Counted from the stretch's first letter, positions 28,078 to 38,042 are shown. The stretch: 64,000 nucleotides of DNA from Bdellovibrionales bacterium (GCA_041690295.1 JAWLHR010000003.1:140953-204952), one strand, 5' to 3'. Made by a program: numbers and translations. The notes: generated from the sequence alone by a model not told the origin.

Positions 28078-28734
28078 ATGAGTTCTTGGACGGGATTGAG
28101 TCTTGCCTTGTCTTTCCGCGTGGCTTTTTCCTTCTTGATTTGTCCCATTTGTAAGCTTCCGGGTTTTCGTGAGTTCCAACTTTGCCGGTTCTGCGCCGTC
28201 GAGCTGATGGCGAAACGAAGTCCAATCGTGCGTGGAGGTGATTTTCCCATCCGGAGTCTCTTTCGTTGGCGTCCAGGGGACATAAGCTTAATCCCCCGGC
28301 TCGCCTACGCGTATAAAGCCTGTGAGTCGACCGGGCCATGGCTGGAGTTCGCGACGTGGATGGTTGAATCTCATCCCTCTCCGCCTCCCAAGTCCGCCGT
28401 ATTGATTCCGATCCCAGGACCGCGCCCGAATCACGCCCTTGGCTTTGCCCGCGCCCTCAGCCGCATTCTCGGGTGTCCCGTTGAGGATGTTCTGCTTCCG
28501 GTGCTCGGCCGCTCACAAAAGAATTTGAACCGGGAGAAGCGCTTGGCCATTCGCTTTCAGCTCCGCTCATCTGATTTGTGCATGAAATACAGGAGTGTCG
28601 TGGTGATTGACGATATCGTGACCACGGGCGCGACCGCGAGGGCGGCTTATGAGGCATTGGACAGGCCTGCTTTTTGCGAGCATTGGTGTTTAATCGACCG
28701 GCGACCTTGCGGTGACTTCCGGCCGCTGCTATAA
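28078..28734 (+). CDS. ComF family phosphoribosyltransferase-domain protein
   Basis: N-terminal CPIC...CRFC zinc-finger-like motif and C-terminal PRTase loop VVVIDDIVTTGATA. Confidence 0.75.
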   Translation: MSSWTGLSLALSFRVAFSFLICPICKLPGFREFQLCRFCAVELMAKRSPIVRGGDFPIRSLFRWRPGDISLIPRLAYAYKACESTGPWLEFATWMVESHPSPPPKSAVLIPIPGPRPNHALGFARALSRILGCPVEDVLLPVLGRSQKNLNREKRLAIRFQLRSSDLCMKYRSVVVIDDIVTTGATARAAYEALDRPAFCEHWCLIDRRPCGDFRPLL

Positions 28735-28741
28735 AAACCGA

Positions 28742-29377
28742 ATGTTTAAATCTATCCTCCTTTGTTTATTTATCTTTTCGCCCTTTTCTTTCGCCGACGC
28801 GAAGTCGTCCGTGCGCGAAGTGAACGCTGTATTAACCAAATACCGCTCGGCCGAGGCCTTTCGCGCGAAAGTCAAAAAAACGGTTGTTCAGGAAGTCATG
28901 GAGACGGAAACGGTCGCGGAAGGCCGGTTTTATTTCTCAAAAGGCAAGCTTCGCATGGAAATGGGTGAGCCGGATTTCACCACCCTGGTCTATGACGGGC
29001 GCGTGATTTGGATGGAGTCGAAGATCGACGACGAACGGATCCAGGTTATCAAAGTCGTCTCTCGCAGCTTGAAACGCAGTGATTCGGTTTTGGCTTCGCT
29101 TTTCGGACGTGCCAGTGTTCTTGAGTCGTTCGATTTGATCAAAGAAGAGAAATCCGGCGATATGAAGGTCTATTCGTTTAAACCGCGCCGAAGCACGAAA
29201 ACCGAAGTTCGCTATTTGGAAATCGCGCTCCGGGATAAAGAGTTGCAACGGGTGACTTATAAAGATGATCGCGACAACCGGATCAGCATTGAGTTCGATG
29301 ATGTCGTGCGCGAGCGGATCGATGCCGCGAAATTCGCTTACAAACCTCCAAAAGGCTCCGAGCTTACGGAATTGTGA
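28742..29377 (+). CDS. LolA-like outer-membrane lipoprotein carrier family protein
   Basis: Signal peptide MFKSILLCLFIFSPFSFA. Size and pattern (F.A.F.Q......G.FYFSKGKLRMEM) resemble the LolA/LolB fold. This is motif-level recognition only. Confidence 0.55.
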   Translation: MFKSILLCLFIFSPFSFADAKSSVREVNAVLTKYRSAEAFRAKVKKTVVQEVMETETVAEGRFYFSKGKLRMEMGEPDFTTLVYDGRVIWMESKIDDERIQVIKVVSRSLKRSDSVLASLFGRASVLESFDLIKEEKSGDMKVYSFKPRRSTKTEVRYLEIALRDKELQRVTYKDDRDNRISIEFDDVVRERIDAAKFAYKPPKGSELTEL

Positions 29378-30741
29378 TGGAAGAAACAGAGGTTTCAAAG
29401 AAAGTTCATTTCGTCAGTCTGGGTTGCCCCAAGAACCTGGTGGACACCGAAATCATGCTGGGCTCGCTGATGCGCGATGGATATCAGGTCGTGGAAAATC
29501 CCGAGCAAGCGGATACGGTGGTGGTTAACACCTGCGGCTTCATCGAAGCTTCCAAACAGGAATCAATCGATAAGATTCTGGAGATGGCCGAGCTTAAAAA
29601 ATCCGCGGGCGTTAAAAAAGTGGTGGTCGCGGGATGTCTGACCCAAAGGTACAAAGATGAGTTGGTCGAGGGGTTGCCGGAAGCGGATTTGTTCATCGGT
29701 TCAGGTCAGTTTCAAAATATCGCAAAAATTTTAAAGGACTCCCGCGCCGGCGTTAAAGAGAAGAGATATTTTAATCTTCCGACCTATCTGCAAGAGGACC
29801 ATTCGCCCCGGGTGAACTCCCAACCCCGCCATCGCGCTTATTTAAAGATTTCCGAAGGGTGCAAGAAACGTTGTTCGTTTTGCGCCATTCCTTTGATTCG
29901 TGGCAATTTGCAGTCGCGCAAGCTGAGTTCGATTTTAAGTGAAGCGAAGCTGCTGGTCGCGGGCGGAGTGAAGGAACTCATCATTGTCAGTCACGATTTC
30001 ACGGACTTCGGCTGGGACTTACGTAAGCAAAATTCGCAATCGCGCGAAACGCCGGATGAACTCTTGCGTGTTTTGGCCGACGAGTCCGGCGCGGAATGGA
30101 TACGGGTTCTTTACCTTTATCCCGACGGCGTATCGGACACCACGCTGGAGTTGATGCGTGCCCGGCCGAACTTGGTCAAATATTTCGATATGCCCCTGCA
30201 GCACATCAACAACGAGATGTTGAAGAGCATGAACCGGCGGATGACTCGGGAAAAGATCGAGCGCACGATCCATGACATTCGCGAACGTATTCCCGAAGCC
30301 GTGATTCGCACGCAGTTCATCGTGGGCTTTCCGGGAGAGACGGAAGCGCATTTTGAAGAGCTGCTTCGGTTCGTCGAAGATATGCGCTTTGATCGAGTCG
30401 GCTGCTTTACTTACTCCGCGGAAGAAAACACCAAGGCCGCTGGATTGCCGAACCAAGTGGACCAGAAGACTAAACAAAAAAGACATGATCTTTTGATGGA
30501 GTTGCAGCAAGGCATCTCACGGCAAAAACATCAGGAATGGATCGGCCGAACGATCGATGTTTTGGTGGAAGGCTATAGCGAAGAAACCGATTTACTTTTG
30601 GTCGGCCGTCATGCCCAACAAGCGCCGGAGATCGACGGTGTCACATACATTAATGAGGGCCAAGCCAACGTGGGGGATATGGTGAAGGTGCGGGTCACGG
30701 ACGCGATGGATTACGATCTCGTCGGTGGCATCTTGAGTTAA
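29374..30741 (+). CDS. rimO: Ribosomal protein S12 methylthiotransferase RimO (radical SAM)
   Basis: MTTase N-domain (VSLGCPKN, VNTCGFI), radical SAM CxxxCxxC (CKKRCSFC) and a C-terminal TRAM domain. Start is either GTG 29374 or ATG 29377 (TGATG overlap). Confidence 0.88.
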   Translation: MMEETEVSKKVHFVSLGCPKNLVDTEIMLGSLMRDGYQVVENPEQADTVVVNTCGFIEASKQESIDKILEMAELKKSAGVKKVVVAGCLTQRYKDELVEGLPEADLFIGSGQFQNIAKILKDSRAGVKEKRYFNLPTYLQEDHSPRVNSQPRHRAYLKISEGCKKRCSFCAIPLIRGNLQSRKLSSILSEAKLLVAGGVKELIIVSHDFTDFGWDLRKQNSQSRETPDELLRVLADESGAEWIRVLYLYPDGVSDTTLELMRARPNLVKYFDMPLQHINNEMLKSMNRRMTREKIERTIHDIRERIPEAVIRTQFIVGFPGETEAHFEELLRFVEDMRFDRVGCFTYSAEENTKAAGLPNQVDQKTKQKRHDLLMELQQGISRQKHQEWIGRTIDVLVEGYSEETDLLLVGRHAQQAPEIDGVTYINEGQANVGDMVKVRVTDAMDYDLVGGILS

Positions 30742-30767
30742 GATTTGGAAATTCCACAAGTATATTA

Positions 30768-30796
30768 TTGACATTGCGCCTCAAAGGACGTGCAAT
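30768..30796 (+). promoter_or_regulatory. Predicted promoter upstream of a small hydrophobic ORF
   Basis: TTGACA (30768-30773), 17-nt spacer, TGCAAT (30791-30796). Confidence 0.35.
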
Positions 30797-30841
30797 AGAA
30801 ATATAGCTGCGGGGGCTGCAGCCGGAAATGGGGAGGGTAAC

Positions 30842-30919
30842 GTGATCACCGGTCAATTTGTCATGATGATCGTCTATTCCGTTGTGATCTTTTTCGTCGT
30901 GAATATGCTGGTCAGCTGA
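30842..30919 (+). CDS. Candidate 25-aa hydrophobic small membrane peptide (below the ORF-track length cutoff)
   Basis: GTG start 5 nt after a strong SD GGGGAGGG. Translation is (M)ITGQFVMMIVYSVVIFFVVNMLVS, a single TM-like helix. Confidence 0.35.
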   Translation: MITGQFVMMIVYSVVIFFVVNMLVS

Positions 30920-30945
30920 GTTCCTAAAAAAACCCCAATCCCCCC

Positions 30946-30974
30946 TTGACCATTTTTATTCAATGCGTTAAATA
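30946..30974 (+). promoter_or_regulatory. Predicted promoter of the outer-membrane protein gene
   Basis: TTGACC (30946-30951), 17-nt spacer, TAAATA (30969-30974). Confidence 0.3.
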
Positions 30975-31022
30975 GCCATTTTAATTAAACTTTTAGTGCT
31001 AATCGGCGTGTTGGAGTAGTCC

Positions 31023-32255
31023 GTGATCGGTGGCCGGCTCTTCCAGAGAGTTTTTTGGATAGGTGTCTTGTTCGCCTGTCCTTTTGTCAAGGCCGAGGTG
31101 CAGTTTCAGGACATTCGAATTTGGACACGGGCTCGCAACATTGAGCCGGGTCAGCAGATTTGGTCATTTCAAACGTCCTATCAAAAGATCACTGATCGTT
31201 TTTCCAACCAAGGTGAATTACAGCCTCTGGGCCAGGCCTATAACCGGGCGGTGACCTGGCGAGAGATCCTCGAAAGTGAATCCAGTGTTCGCGCCGAGAT
31301 GGAAGAATACATGCGTGAGCACGGCGCGGTTGAAACCGATTTGGCGGCTCTCGCCGAGTACGAAGTCGAGCGGGAAGAAATTGGCTTTCGATTGGCGTGG
31401 GCCTACGGACTCTTGCGGCGCTGGATGATCGGATTTGAAGTGCCGCTCACTCGCCGTGAAACCTTTGTTCGTTCGAAAGTTTCTCTTTCGCCACAGCTCA
31501 ACGATTTCTCGCGACGGATCCAAGCCAGCGGCGGTGATGTTAAGCAAAAGATCAAAGAGATCTCCGAACGGCAATTGGCCAACTCCGGTTACGACGAAAT
31601 CCCGGACCGCCGATCCAGCTGGGATTGGGGCGACATCACTTTGCTCTCACAATTCGGCGTGGTTCAAACCTATTCGTGGCACTGGTCCTTGCAGCAGATG
31701 TTACGGTTTCCCACCGCCCGCAATCAGGATATTGATGAATACATCCAAACTTCGGACGACACCGGGCAAGTCGATATCGGATTGGTTTCCTTATTGGATT
31801 ATCAGGGCCGGGCTTGGACGACGGGATTTCGCACGGGCTATATCGCGCAACTTCCGGATACGACTCGTTGGCGGATATCCGACGCGGACGAAAACCGGAG
31901 AATTGATCCCCAAATGAAACGTGATCTTGGTGATTGGTGGTTCGCCTCTCTCGATTTCGATTATCGCTATTCTTCGCGCTTGCACTTGAACTTGGAATCT
32001 TCGTACCTGATGAAGGCATCGGACCGCTTCAGCAGCACCGAAATCAGTCCCGGCGAAAGCACCCGGTTCGAACGCAACACCGAGCAAGAGATCGTGCAGA
32101 CCCGCTTCGGCGCCCAATACGAAATTCATTCGGGCGGAACCCGCGCGGGCATCTCCAAAAAATGGATCGCGAGCGTGGGATACAATTATCCATGGATCGG
32201 ACGTAACAGCCTGAACGCCAGTCGCGCCAGTATCGACCTGATCACCTATTACTGA
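31023..32255 (+). CDS. Putative outer-membrane beta-barrel protein, unknown function
   Basis: GTG start and a signal peptide ending VKA-EV. Alternating beta-strand-like pattern. C-terminal aromatic end ...IDLITYY, typical of an OMP beta-signal. Confidence 0.5.
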   Translation: MIGGRLFQRVFWIGVLFACPFVKAEVQFQDIRIWTRARNIEPGQQIWSFQTSYQKITDRFSNQGELQPLGQAYNRAVTWREILESESSVRAEMEEYMREHGAVETDLAALAEYEVEREEIGFRLAWAYGLLRRWMIGFEVPLTRRETFVRSKVSLSPQLNDFSRRIQASGGDVKQKIKEISERQLANSGYDEIPDRRSSWDWGDITLLSQFGVVQTYSWHWSLQQMLRFPTARNQDIDEYIQTSDDTGQVDIGLVSLLDYQGRAWTTGFRTGYIAQLPDTTRWRISDADENRRIDPQMKRDLGDWWFASLDFDYRYSSRLHLNLESSYLMKASDRFSSTEISPGESTRFERNTEQEIVQTRFGAQYEIHSGGTRAGISKKWIASVGYNYPWIGRNSLNASRASIDLITYY

Positions 32256-32761
32256 GCGAAATTGTAAATATCGTTATAGTTTCGGCCGATCTCTTCGGAA
32301 TCCATTCCGTAACCGATGACAAAGCGGTCCTCGATCGTGCGTCCGACATAATCGGGCGTGATGGGAAGCTCACGCAACGCGGGTTTATCGAGGAGGGCCA
32401 CCACTTTGAGAGAGGCCGGATGCGAGGCGAGCAGGCGCGCTTTCAAGAAGCTCAGGGTGCGGCCGGCGTCGATGATTTCCTCGACGATGATCACGTGTTT
32501 GCCTTGAATATCTACCGTGATGTCTTTGATGATGCGACAACTTTGGCCTTTGGGTGAAGTCACGTAAACAAAATCGATGATCTGGGGCAGTTTGATTTTT
32601 CGCGCCAGATCCGCCACGAAAAGCACTGATCCTTTTAGCGGGCAAATCAGAACGATTTCCTTGTTTTCATAATCGCGCTCGATCTCGCGGGCGATTTCAG
32701 ATACCATCTCGTCGATTTCAGCTTTGGTGATGGATGGCACCATTCCTTCACGCATCTGCAT
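32249..32761 (-). CDS. hpt: Hypoxanthine(-guanine) phosphoribosyltransferase
   Basis: LKGSVLFVADL, PRPP loop VIIVEEIIDAGRTL, and DRFVIGYGMD. Confidence 0.9.
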   Translation of the reverse strand: MQMREGMVPSITKAEIDEMVSEIAREIERDYENKEIVLICPLKGSVLFVADLARKIKLPQIIDFVYVTSPKGQSCRIIKDITVDIQGKHVIIVEEIIDAGRTLSFLKARLLASHPASLKVVALLDKPALRELPITPDYVGRTIEDRFVIGYGMDSEEIGRNYNDIYNFAQ

Positions 32762-33479
32762 GTGGACCTCTTTGTGTCAGAGCCTGCGCTTGCCGCAAAA
32801 GGCGATGGGCTTCACTGTGATTGGGATCGCGTTGGACCGTGGCTTCCCATTGTTCGACGGCGCCGGGAATATCTCCGGTTTCGTACAGAATTCGACCTAA
32901 ACGAACCCGCGCACTCAGGAATCCCGGATATTCCCGGATCAGGTTTCGCAATTCGCGCAAGGCCTTGTCGGTTTCTTGCAGGCGAAGATAACACTCCACC
33001 ACTTTCATGGTCAGTTCCGGCTTACGGTTCGAAAGAGTCAGCGCCTTGTAATACTGATCAAGCGCGTCCTTGAACCGGCTGTGATGAAAATACATCTCGC
33101 CGAGTTCATCGTGTTTGATGCTGAACTTTTCGTTGATGTACGGATCGTCCTGCGAGTTTTGCCGGGCGAGCAGCTCACGAGCTTCTTCAAAAACCTTGCG
33201 GCCTTCTTCGTATTTGCCGATGTCATTGAGAATGATGCTCAGACCGACGCTGGCGTCCGTGAAGGTGGGCTCAAGTTCCAAAGCCCTGCGAAACGCCCTG
33301 ATGGCTTTATTGAATTTGCCCTGGTCGTAATAAATCGTGCCCAGCATGTGAAAGACTTCGGGCGATTTGGCGTTTTTCAAAATCAACTGGTTCAAAATCG
33401 GCTCAGCCAAAGCGTACTTGTTTTCGCGAAAATAATCGCGAGCGCTGGTTAACATGTCGTCGTTAGATGCGGTCTCCAA
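32748..33479 (-). CDS. TPR-repeat protein
   Basis: Several 34-aa TPR units (e.g. HMLGTIYYDQGKFNKAIRAFRRALELEP). Start is ambiguous: TTG 33479 or ATG 33455. Confidence 0.7.
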   Translation of the reverse strand: METASNDDMLTSARDYFRENKYALAEPILNQLILKNAKSPEVFHMLGTIYYDQGKFNKAIRAFRRALELEPTFTDASVGLSIILNDIGKYEEGRKVFEEARELLARQNSQDDPYINEKFSIKHDELGEMYFHHSRFKDALDQYYKALTLSNRKPELTMKVVECYLRLQETDKALRELRNLIREYPGFLSARVRLGRILYETGDIPGAVEQWEATVQRDPNHSEAHRLLRQAQALTQRGPHADA

Positions 33480-34197
33480 TTTCGCGCCTCGCTTTCTCGG
33501 CCTCAGCGGTGTTTTTATGGTTTGCCATCAGCCGCTGATAATAGATTTTGGCCTTGCCCATTTCTTTGATTTTAAACGCGCTCACAGCCGCGCCGTAAAG
33601 CGCGCGCGCGTCGAACCCCAGTTTGGGATACTTCTGCAAAAGACCTTCAAACCGGGCCAGAGCGCTCTCGTAATGATCGCGAATGAAATAAAAGTGACCG
33701 ACATAGTATTCTTTTTCGGCCAGCATCTTCAGAGCTTTTAATTTATGTTCTTTCGCCTCTTTGGCGTAGGTGCTGTTCGGATAGGACTGAATGACCTCGT
33801 CAAAATACAAAATCGCGCGCTCCGCGCCGGCCAGGTCGCGATCGATAGTGGAAGGAAGTTGTTTAAAGAAACTGAGCCCCAACCGCCAGGTGACGTAGTC
33901 GATTTTCGGGTGAGAGGGGTGCATTTCCTTGAACACTTGATAAGCGTTTTGAGCTTCAATGTATTCTTCGCGCTTAAAGTGAATATCGGCGATTCGCAGT
34001 TCAGCTTCCGTCGCCAGTTTTGAGTACGGATGTTTGTTTTTTACCGTCGAGAACTGCTGGATCGCTTCCTCATAACGTTCGTCTTTTTCGTACTTTTCCC
34101 CGAGTTTGAATCCACCCTCGGCCGTGCTCGTGTCGATCTCGGGAGTGGAGGAACAGCCGAATAAAATGAGGGCTAACAAAATAGCTAAGGCGCGCAT
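33463..34197 (-). CDS. bamD: Outer membrane protein assembly factor BamD
   Basis: Start at ATG 34197 (MRALAILLALILFGCSS lipobox). TPR-like YfiO pattern (YEEAIQQFSTVKNKHPYSKLATEAELRIADIHF). Confidence 0.8.
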   Translation of the reverse strand: MRALAILLALILFGCSSTPEIDTSTAEGGFKLGEKYEKDERYEEAIQQFSTVKNKHPYSKLATEAELRIADIHFKREEYIEAQNAYQVFKEMHPSHPKIDYVTWRLGLSFFKQLPSTIDRDLAGAERAILYFDEVIQSYPNSTYAKEAKEHKLKALKMLAEKEYYVGHFYFIRDHYESALARFEGLLQKYPKLGFDARALYGAAVSAFKIKEMGKAKIYYQRLMANHKNTAEAEKARREIGDRI

Positions 34198-34252
34198 CTG
34201 GGAGCCATAGTACAGAAGCCCGTCGCGCAAAGTCAATTGAGCACTGGGACGC

Positions 34253-35308
34253 TCAGGATCGGGTGTCGATCAGCTGACGATAAATCGTGCTGACGGTGAC
34301 CTTTAGCGTGCTGGCGACCGGAATGGAGATGATCATGCCAAGAATTCCGAGCACCTGCGCGCCGGCGATCATAACCACGATCACCGTGACCGGGTGCAGG
34401 TCCACGATTTTGGCGACCATCCAAGGAATCAGAAGTCCCGCGTCGATCAATTGCGCGATAATATAAACCGTCGCAAGGAGAGCGATATCCAGGGAACTGT
34501 ACCCGTTGACCGTGGCGATCACGAAAGCCGGGACAGCGCCCAAAATCGGTCCAAGATAGGGAATGATGTTCATCAGACCGGCGACAAACCCCAAAAGTAT
34601 CGCGTAGGGGAAGGAAATAATTAAAAGCCCCAGGGAAGTGACCAGCCCCACGATAAAGCTTTCGAGCAACCGGGCACGCACGAACTGACCGATCTGCAGG
34701 TTGATTTGGTGGAGCAGGCTCAGCGCGGTTTCAAAAAGATGATTGGGCACGAGTCCCAAAGCGCCGCGCAGGACGACCCGGCCGTCTTTAACCATGAAAA
34801 AGGCCAAGAACGGGCCAAGAAGCATGACGGTGATGAAAGTCCGCAAAAATTTTGGGACGGATTCGAAAAACTGGTGAGTTCCGGCGGTGAGAAAGGTCTC
34901 CACTCTGGAGGTCAGGTCGAAGGTGGCCAGCGGCCCCGCCAGTGAGTGCACCCGGGCTTCGAGTTCGGCGATGAAATGACTCACACCCAAAATAAAGCGC
35001 GGAGCATCTTCTTTGAGTCGGGCCAAGGTTTCGCCCAGATAAGGGGCCACCCAAACTCCGGTGAGAATCAAAGCGCAGCCGATAACCAGAAAAACGAACG
35101 TGGTCGCGAACGCGCGCGAAATCCCCTGGCGTTCCATGAAATTGACCGCCGGGCCGAGTGTGTAGGAGACGACAAACGCGATCAACGCCGAAACCAGAAG
35201 ATTCTCCACCCATAGCAAGGCGAGAAATCCGCCCACCAGCACGACCAGTAGACTCAGCAGCTTCCAGCGATTGATACGCCTGAGCGTTTGTTGTGAAACC
35301 GATCTCAT
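34253..35308 (-). CDS. AI-2E family transporter (PerM/YhhT-like permease)
   Basis: 351 aa, about 8 TM. C-terminal conserved NIIPYLGPILGAVPA motif. Confidence 0.8.
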   Translation of the reverse strand: MRSVSQQTLRRINRWKLLSLLVVLVGGFLALLWVENLLVSALIAFVVSYTLGPAVNFMERQGISRAFATTFVFLVIGCALILTGVWVAPYLGETLARLKEDAPRFILGVSHFIAELEARVHSLAGPLATFDLTSRVETFLTAGTHQFFESVPKFLRTFITVMLLGPFLAFFMVKDGRVVLRGALGLVPNHLFETALSLLHQINLQIGQFVRARLLESFIVGLVTSLGLLIISFPYAILLGFVAGLMNIIPYLGPILGAVPAFVIATVNGYSSLDIALLATVYIIAQLIDAGLLIPWMVAKIVDLHPVTVIVVMIAGAQVLGILGMIISIPVASTLKVTVSTIYRQLIDTRS

Positions 35309-35844
35309 ACCTTTTCACTCATCCGTCGAATGTCTTCTTTGAGTTCGGTGACCTTCATTGTGGTTTCTTTGAGGCGCCGGCCGAGAACTTCACTCAGCCG
35401 TATAAGAATCTTCACTCCCGTGGCGGGCTGTCTTTCGAGAATTTCGAGAAGGTCCGGTTTGAAGAATCCGATCAACACACTTTCCTCGGCGGCGATGGCC
35501 GTCGCCGTCCGGCGCGAGTTGCTTTCGACCAATGAAAGTTCACCCAGAAAGTCACCGCCTTTCAGGCGCGTGACCATATGGCTGCGGGGTGGAAGGTCAT
35601 CTTCAATGGAATGATCCACGTAGATGTCGAGTGATCCGCGCAGAATGATATACATTCCGACACCGATTTCACCCTGCCTGAAAACGGCTTCTCCGGCTTT
35701 GAACGTTCGCACGTGAACCGTGTCCTGAACGAAGCGCAGCTCCTTCTTGGAAAGGGACTGAAACACGTACGCCTGGCGCAAGGCTTCGAAAACGTCCTGA
35801 TCCTGATCACTTTTTCGAAATAAGTTTTCCCAGATGAAGCTCAC
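35305..35844 (-). CDS. Cyclic nucleotide-binding domain protein
   Basis: cNMP-binding beta-barrel: FKAGEAVFRQGEIGVGMYIILRGSL...GDFLGELSLV...RRTATAIA. Confidence 0.8.
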   Translation of the reverse strand: MSFIWENLFRKSDQDQDVFEALRQAYVFQSLSKKELRFVQDTVHVRTFKAGEAVFRQGEIGVGMYIILRGSLDIYVDHSIEDDLPPRSHMVTRLKGGDFLGELSLVESNSRRTATAIAAEESVLIGFFKPDLLEILERQPATGVKILIRLSEVLGRRLKETTMKVTELKEDIRRMSEKV

Positions 35845-36611
35845 AACTTTTTCCCCTCGTTGGTGATCAAAACCTCGTCCTTCTTAACCCAACCCCTCGC
35901 GCCGTCCGAGTTTTGCACTTGCAGCCACTCATCTTGATCGCGGCGGATTAAAACTTCATTCCCACCGCGCAATTCAAACAGGCTGACGCCTTCTTCGGCG
36001 GGCAAGCTTCGCGCGGCGACGTTGGCTTTCACCACGGTCGCCCGAACTGTTCCGAGAAATTGCATTTTAACCGTGAACACGCTCAAAACGCCTAACAAAA
36101 TCAGGCTCAGTACGGCGGCGGTGAAGGGAAACGGGGGCTTGGGTTGTTCCAGCTCCAGAGCGGTCTTGCGTGCGGCGATGTATCGGATCCAAATCCAACC
36201 CGTGATGGCTAGGACCAGGGCCAACAGCCACGCGATTTCATGAATCGAGATCGATTCCAGTGTGCGTCGAATACCCAAACTGAGAGAGTCGCGCTCGAAC
36301 GGAGTCATGGCGAACTTGGATTCCATGAAAGTTCGGCCCGCCAGAGCTGGACGAAAGCGCGGATCGACTGCTAATGCCTTGCGCCAAAAAGCCATCGCGT
36401 AGGCTTTTTCATCGAGTTGAAAATAGGTGAGGGCCAAATTGTGAAATAAAGCGGGACTTGTGCGCCCCTGTGACACCAGGTTTTGAAAATGATCACGCGC
36501 TTCCTCGAACTGCTTGTTCTGGTAGGCAGCCAATCCCTTTTGGAATAAATCATCAGCAAAGAGTGCAGGGGAAGCCGTAAGCGTTACCCAAAGGCAAAGC
36601 CATCGCCACAT
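35841..36611 (-). CDS. TPR + transmembrane + bacterial SH3 domain protein (BatE-like)
   Basis: Real start taken as ATG 36609-36611 (MWRWLCLWVTLTASPALFA). It has a TPR region, two TM helices and a C-terminal SH3b-like segment (...DEWLQVQNSDGARGWVKKDEV). The rest of the 639-aa track ORF is antisense to the aminotransferase gene. Confidence 0.6.
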   Translation of the reverse strand: MWRWLCLWVTLTASPALFADDLFQKGLAAYQNKQFEEARDHFQNLVSQGRTSPALFHNLALTYFQLDEKAYAMAFWRKALAVDPRFRPALAGRTFMESKFAMTPFERDSLSLGIRRTLESISIHEIAWLLALVLAITGWIWIRYIAARKTALELEQPKPPFPFTAAVLSLILLGVLSVFTVKMQFLGTVRATVVKANVAARSLPAEEGVSLFELRGGNEVLIRRDQDEWLQVQNSDGARGWVKKDEVLITNEGKKL

Positions 36612-36671
36612 TTGTAGAAGTTTACGGACTCTCTTCGCAGGAGTAAACTGAAAATCCCGAAAGGAATTCAC

Positions 36672-38042
36672 ATGGCAAAAACACTTGGGCAGGAATTGAA
36701 AGACGCGAACGAAGTCCGTTCGTTGCTGGATCAATTGGTTGAGCAGGCTCTGGTGTATAGCCAGCGCATTAAAGGGGTTAAGCCGGCGGATCCCGAATTG
36801 TCGGCGGGCTATCAAGACACCGTGCGTGCGATTGGAGAGGTTCGCAGCCGCCCCCTTTATTACGATTACGTCGGATCGGGCGTCGGGCGCGGTCCCTACG
36901 TTGAACTCGCCGACGGCAGCGTGAAACTGGATCTCATTAACGGAATCGGAATTCACCTTTTTGGGCATTCTCATCCGCGGTTGATAAGAGCGACTTTGAA
37001 AGGCGCGCTCGCCGACATTGTTTACCAGGGAAATCTCCAACCCAATCAGGAATATCTTGAATATAGCCGCAAGCTCAAAGAACTGGCATCGCGCAACAGC
37101 CGCCTGAAGTACGTTTGGCTTTCCACCTGCGGCACGATGTCCAATGAAAACGCCTTGAAAATGTCCCGTCAAAAAACCAAGGGGCGGATGATCCTTACCT
37201 TCCGGAACGCGTTCGCCGGCCGATCCACGATGATGACGGAGATCACCGACAACCCCGCGTTCAAAGTGGACATGCCGGATTACAACGAGGTGTTGCGGTT
37301 GCCGTTTTATGATCCCAAAGCGCCGGCCGACCACACCTTGAACGCCTTGAAGGAACATGTGGCCAAACACGGAAAAAACATTTGCTGCTTTGTTTTTGAA
37401 CCGATGTTGGGAGAAGGCGGTTACCGCGCGGCGAACCGGGAGTTTTTCATTCCCCTTTTGGAATTTTGCCGCGAACACAAAATCCCCGTGTGGGCGGATG
37501 AAATTCAGACCTTCACGCGAACCGGACAATTCTTCGCCTTTGAAACTTACGGCATCGGTGAATACATCGATCTTTGCACGATCGCGAAAGTTGGGCAGAA
37601 CGGCGCGACCCTTTTCACTGAGGAAATGAAACCGGACCCCGGTCTTCTCGGTGGAACTTTCTCTGGATCCACTCCGGCGCTGAGCGCGGGTCTCGAAATT
37701 TTCAAGATGCTCGAAGAAGACGGATACATGGGCCCCAATGGAAAGATCATGGGCATCCATCGCGAATTCGTGGGCATGCTCAACGAGCTGAACGAAACGA
37801 CTTGTAAAGGTCTGTTGCGAGAAGCCGGGGGGCTCGGGCTCATGGTGGCGGTGACCCCCCTTGATGGTTCCAAAGAAAAGCAGGGCGCGCTGCTGAAAAC
37901 CTTGTTTAAAAACGGTCTGATTTGCTTCGGCTGCGGCAGTAATCCCTGGCGCATCCGGTTCTTGCTTCCGGCGGTGATGACTTCCGCTGATATCGCGGTC
38001 GCCCGCGGGATCATCGAGAAGTCGGTTTTGGAGCTGGCTTGA
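36672..38042 (+). CDS. Class-III (PLP-dependent) aminotransferase, AstC/ArgD-like role inferred from context
   Basis: WADEIQTFTRTGQFFAFE and DLCTIAKVGQNG (PLP lysine context); TFSGSTPAL. First gene of four translationally coupled ORFs. Confidence 0.75.
   Translation: MAKTLGQELKDANEVRSLLDQLVEQALVYSQRIKGVKPADPELSAGYQDTVRAIGEVRSRPLYYDYVGSGVGRGPYVELADGSVKLDLINGIGIHLFGHSHPRLIRATLKGALADIVYQGNLQPNQEYLEYSRKLKELASRNSRLKYVWLSTCGTMSNENALKMSRQKTKGRMILTFRNAFAGRSTMMTEITDNPAFKVDMPDYNEVLRLPFYDPKAPADHTLNALKEHVAKHGKNICCFVFEPMLGEGGYRAANREFFIPLLEFCREHKIPVWADEIQTFTRTGQFFAFETYGIGEYIDLCTIAKVGQNGATLFTEEMKPDPGLLGGTFSGSTPALSAGLEIFKMLEEDGYMGPNGKIMGIHREFVGMLNELNETTCKGLLREAGGLGLMVAVTPLDGSKEKQGALLKTLFKNGLICFGCGSNPWRIRFLLPAVMTSADIAVARGIIEKSVLELA

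Noticed and set aside
36619-36649. Inverted repeat AGTTTAC-N17-GTAAACT in the divergent promoter region upstream of the AST-like operon
   Set aside because: It is a short 7-bp arm with a long spacer and does not resemble an ARG box. I considered it too weak to call as an operator without conservation data.
36612-37760. N-terminal two-thirds of the 639-aa minus-strand ORF (35841-37760)
   Set aside because: This part is antisense to the well-supported class-III aminotransferase gene and has no recognisable motifs. A credible signal-peptide start (MWRWLCLW...) at 36611 gives a coherent TPR-TM-SH3 protein, so only 35841-36611 is called.
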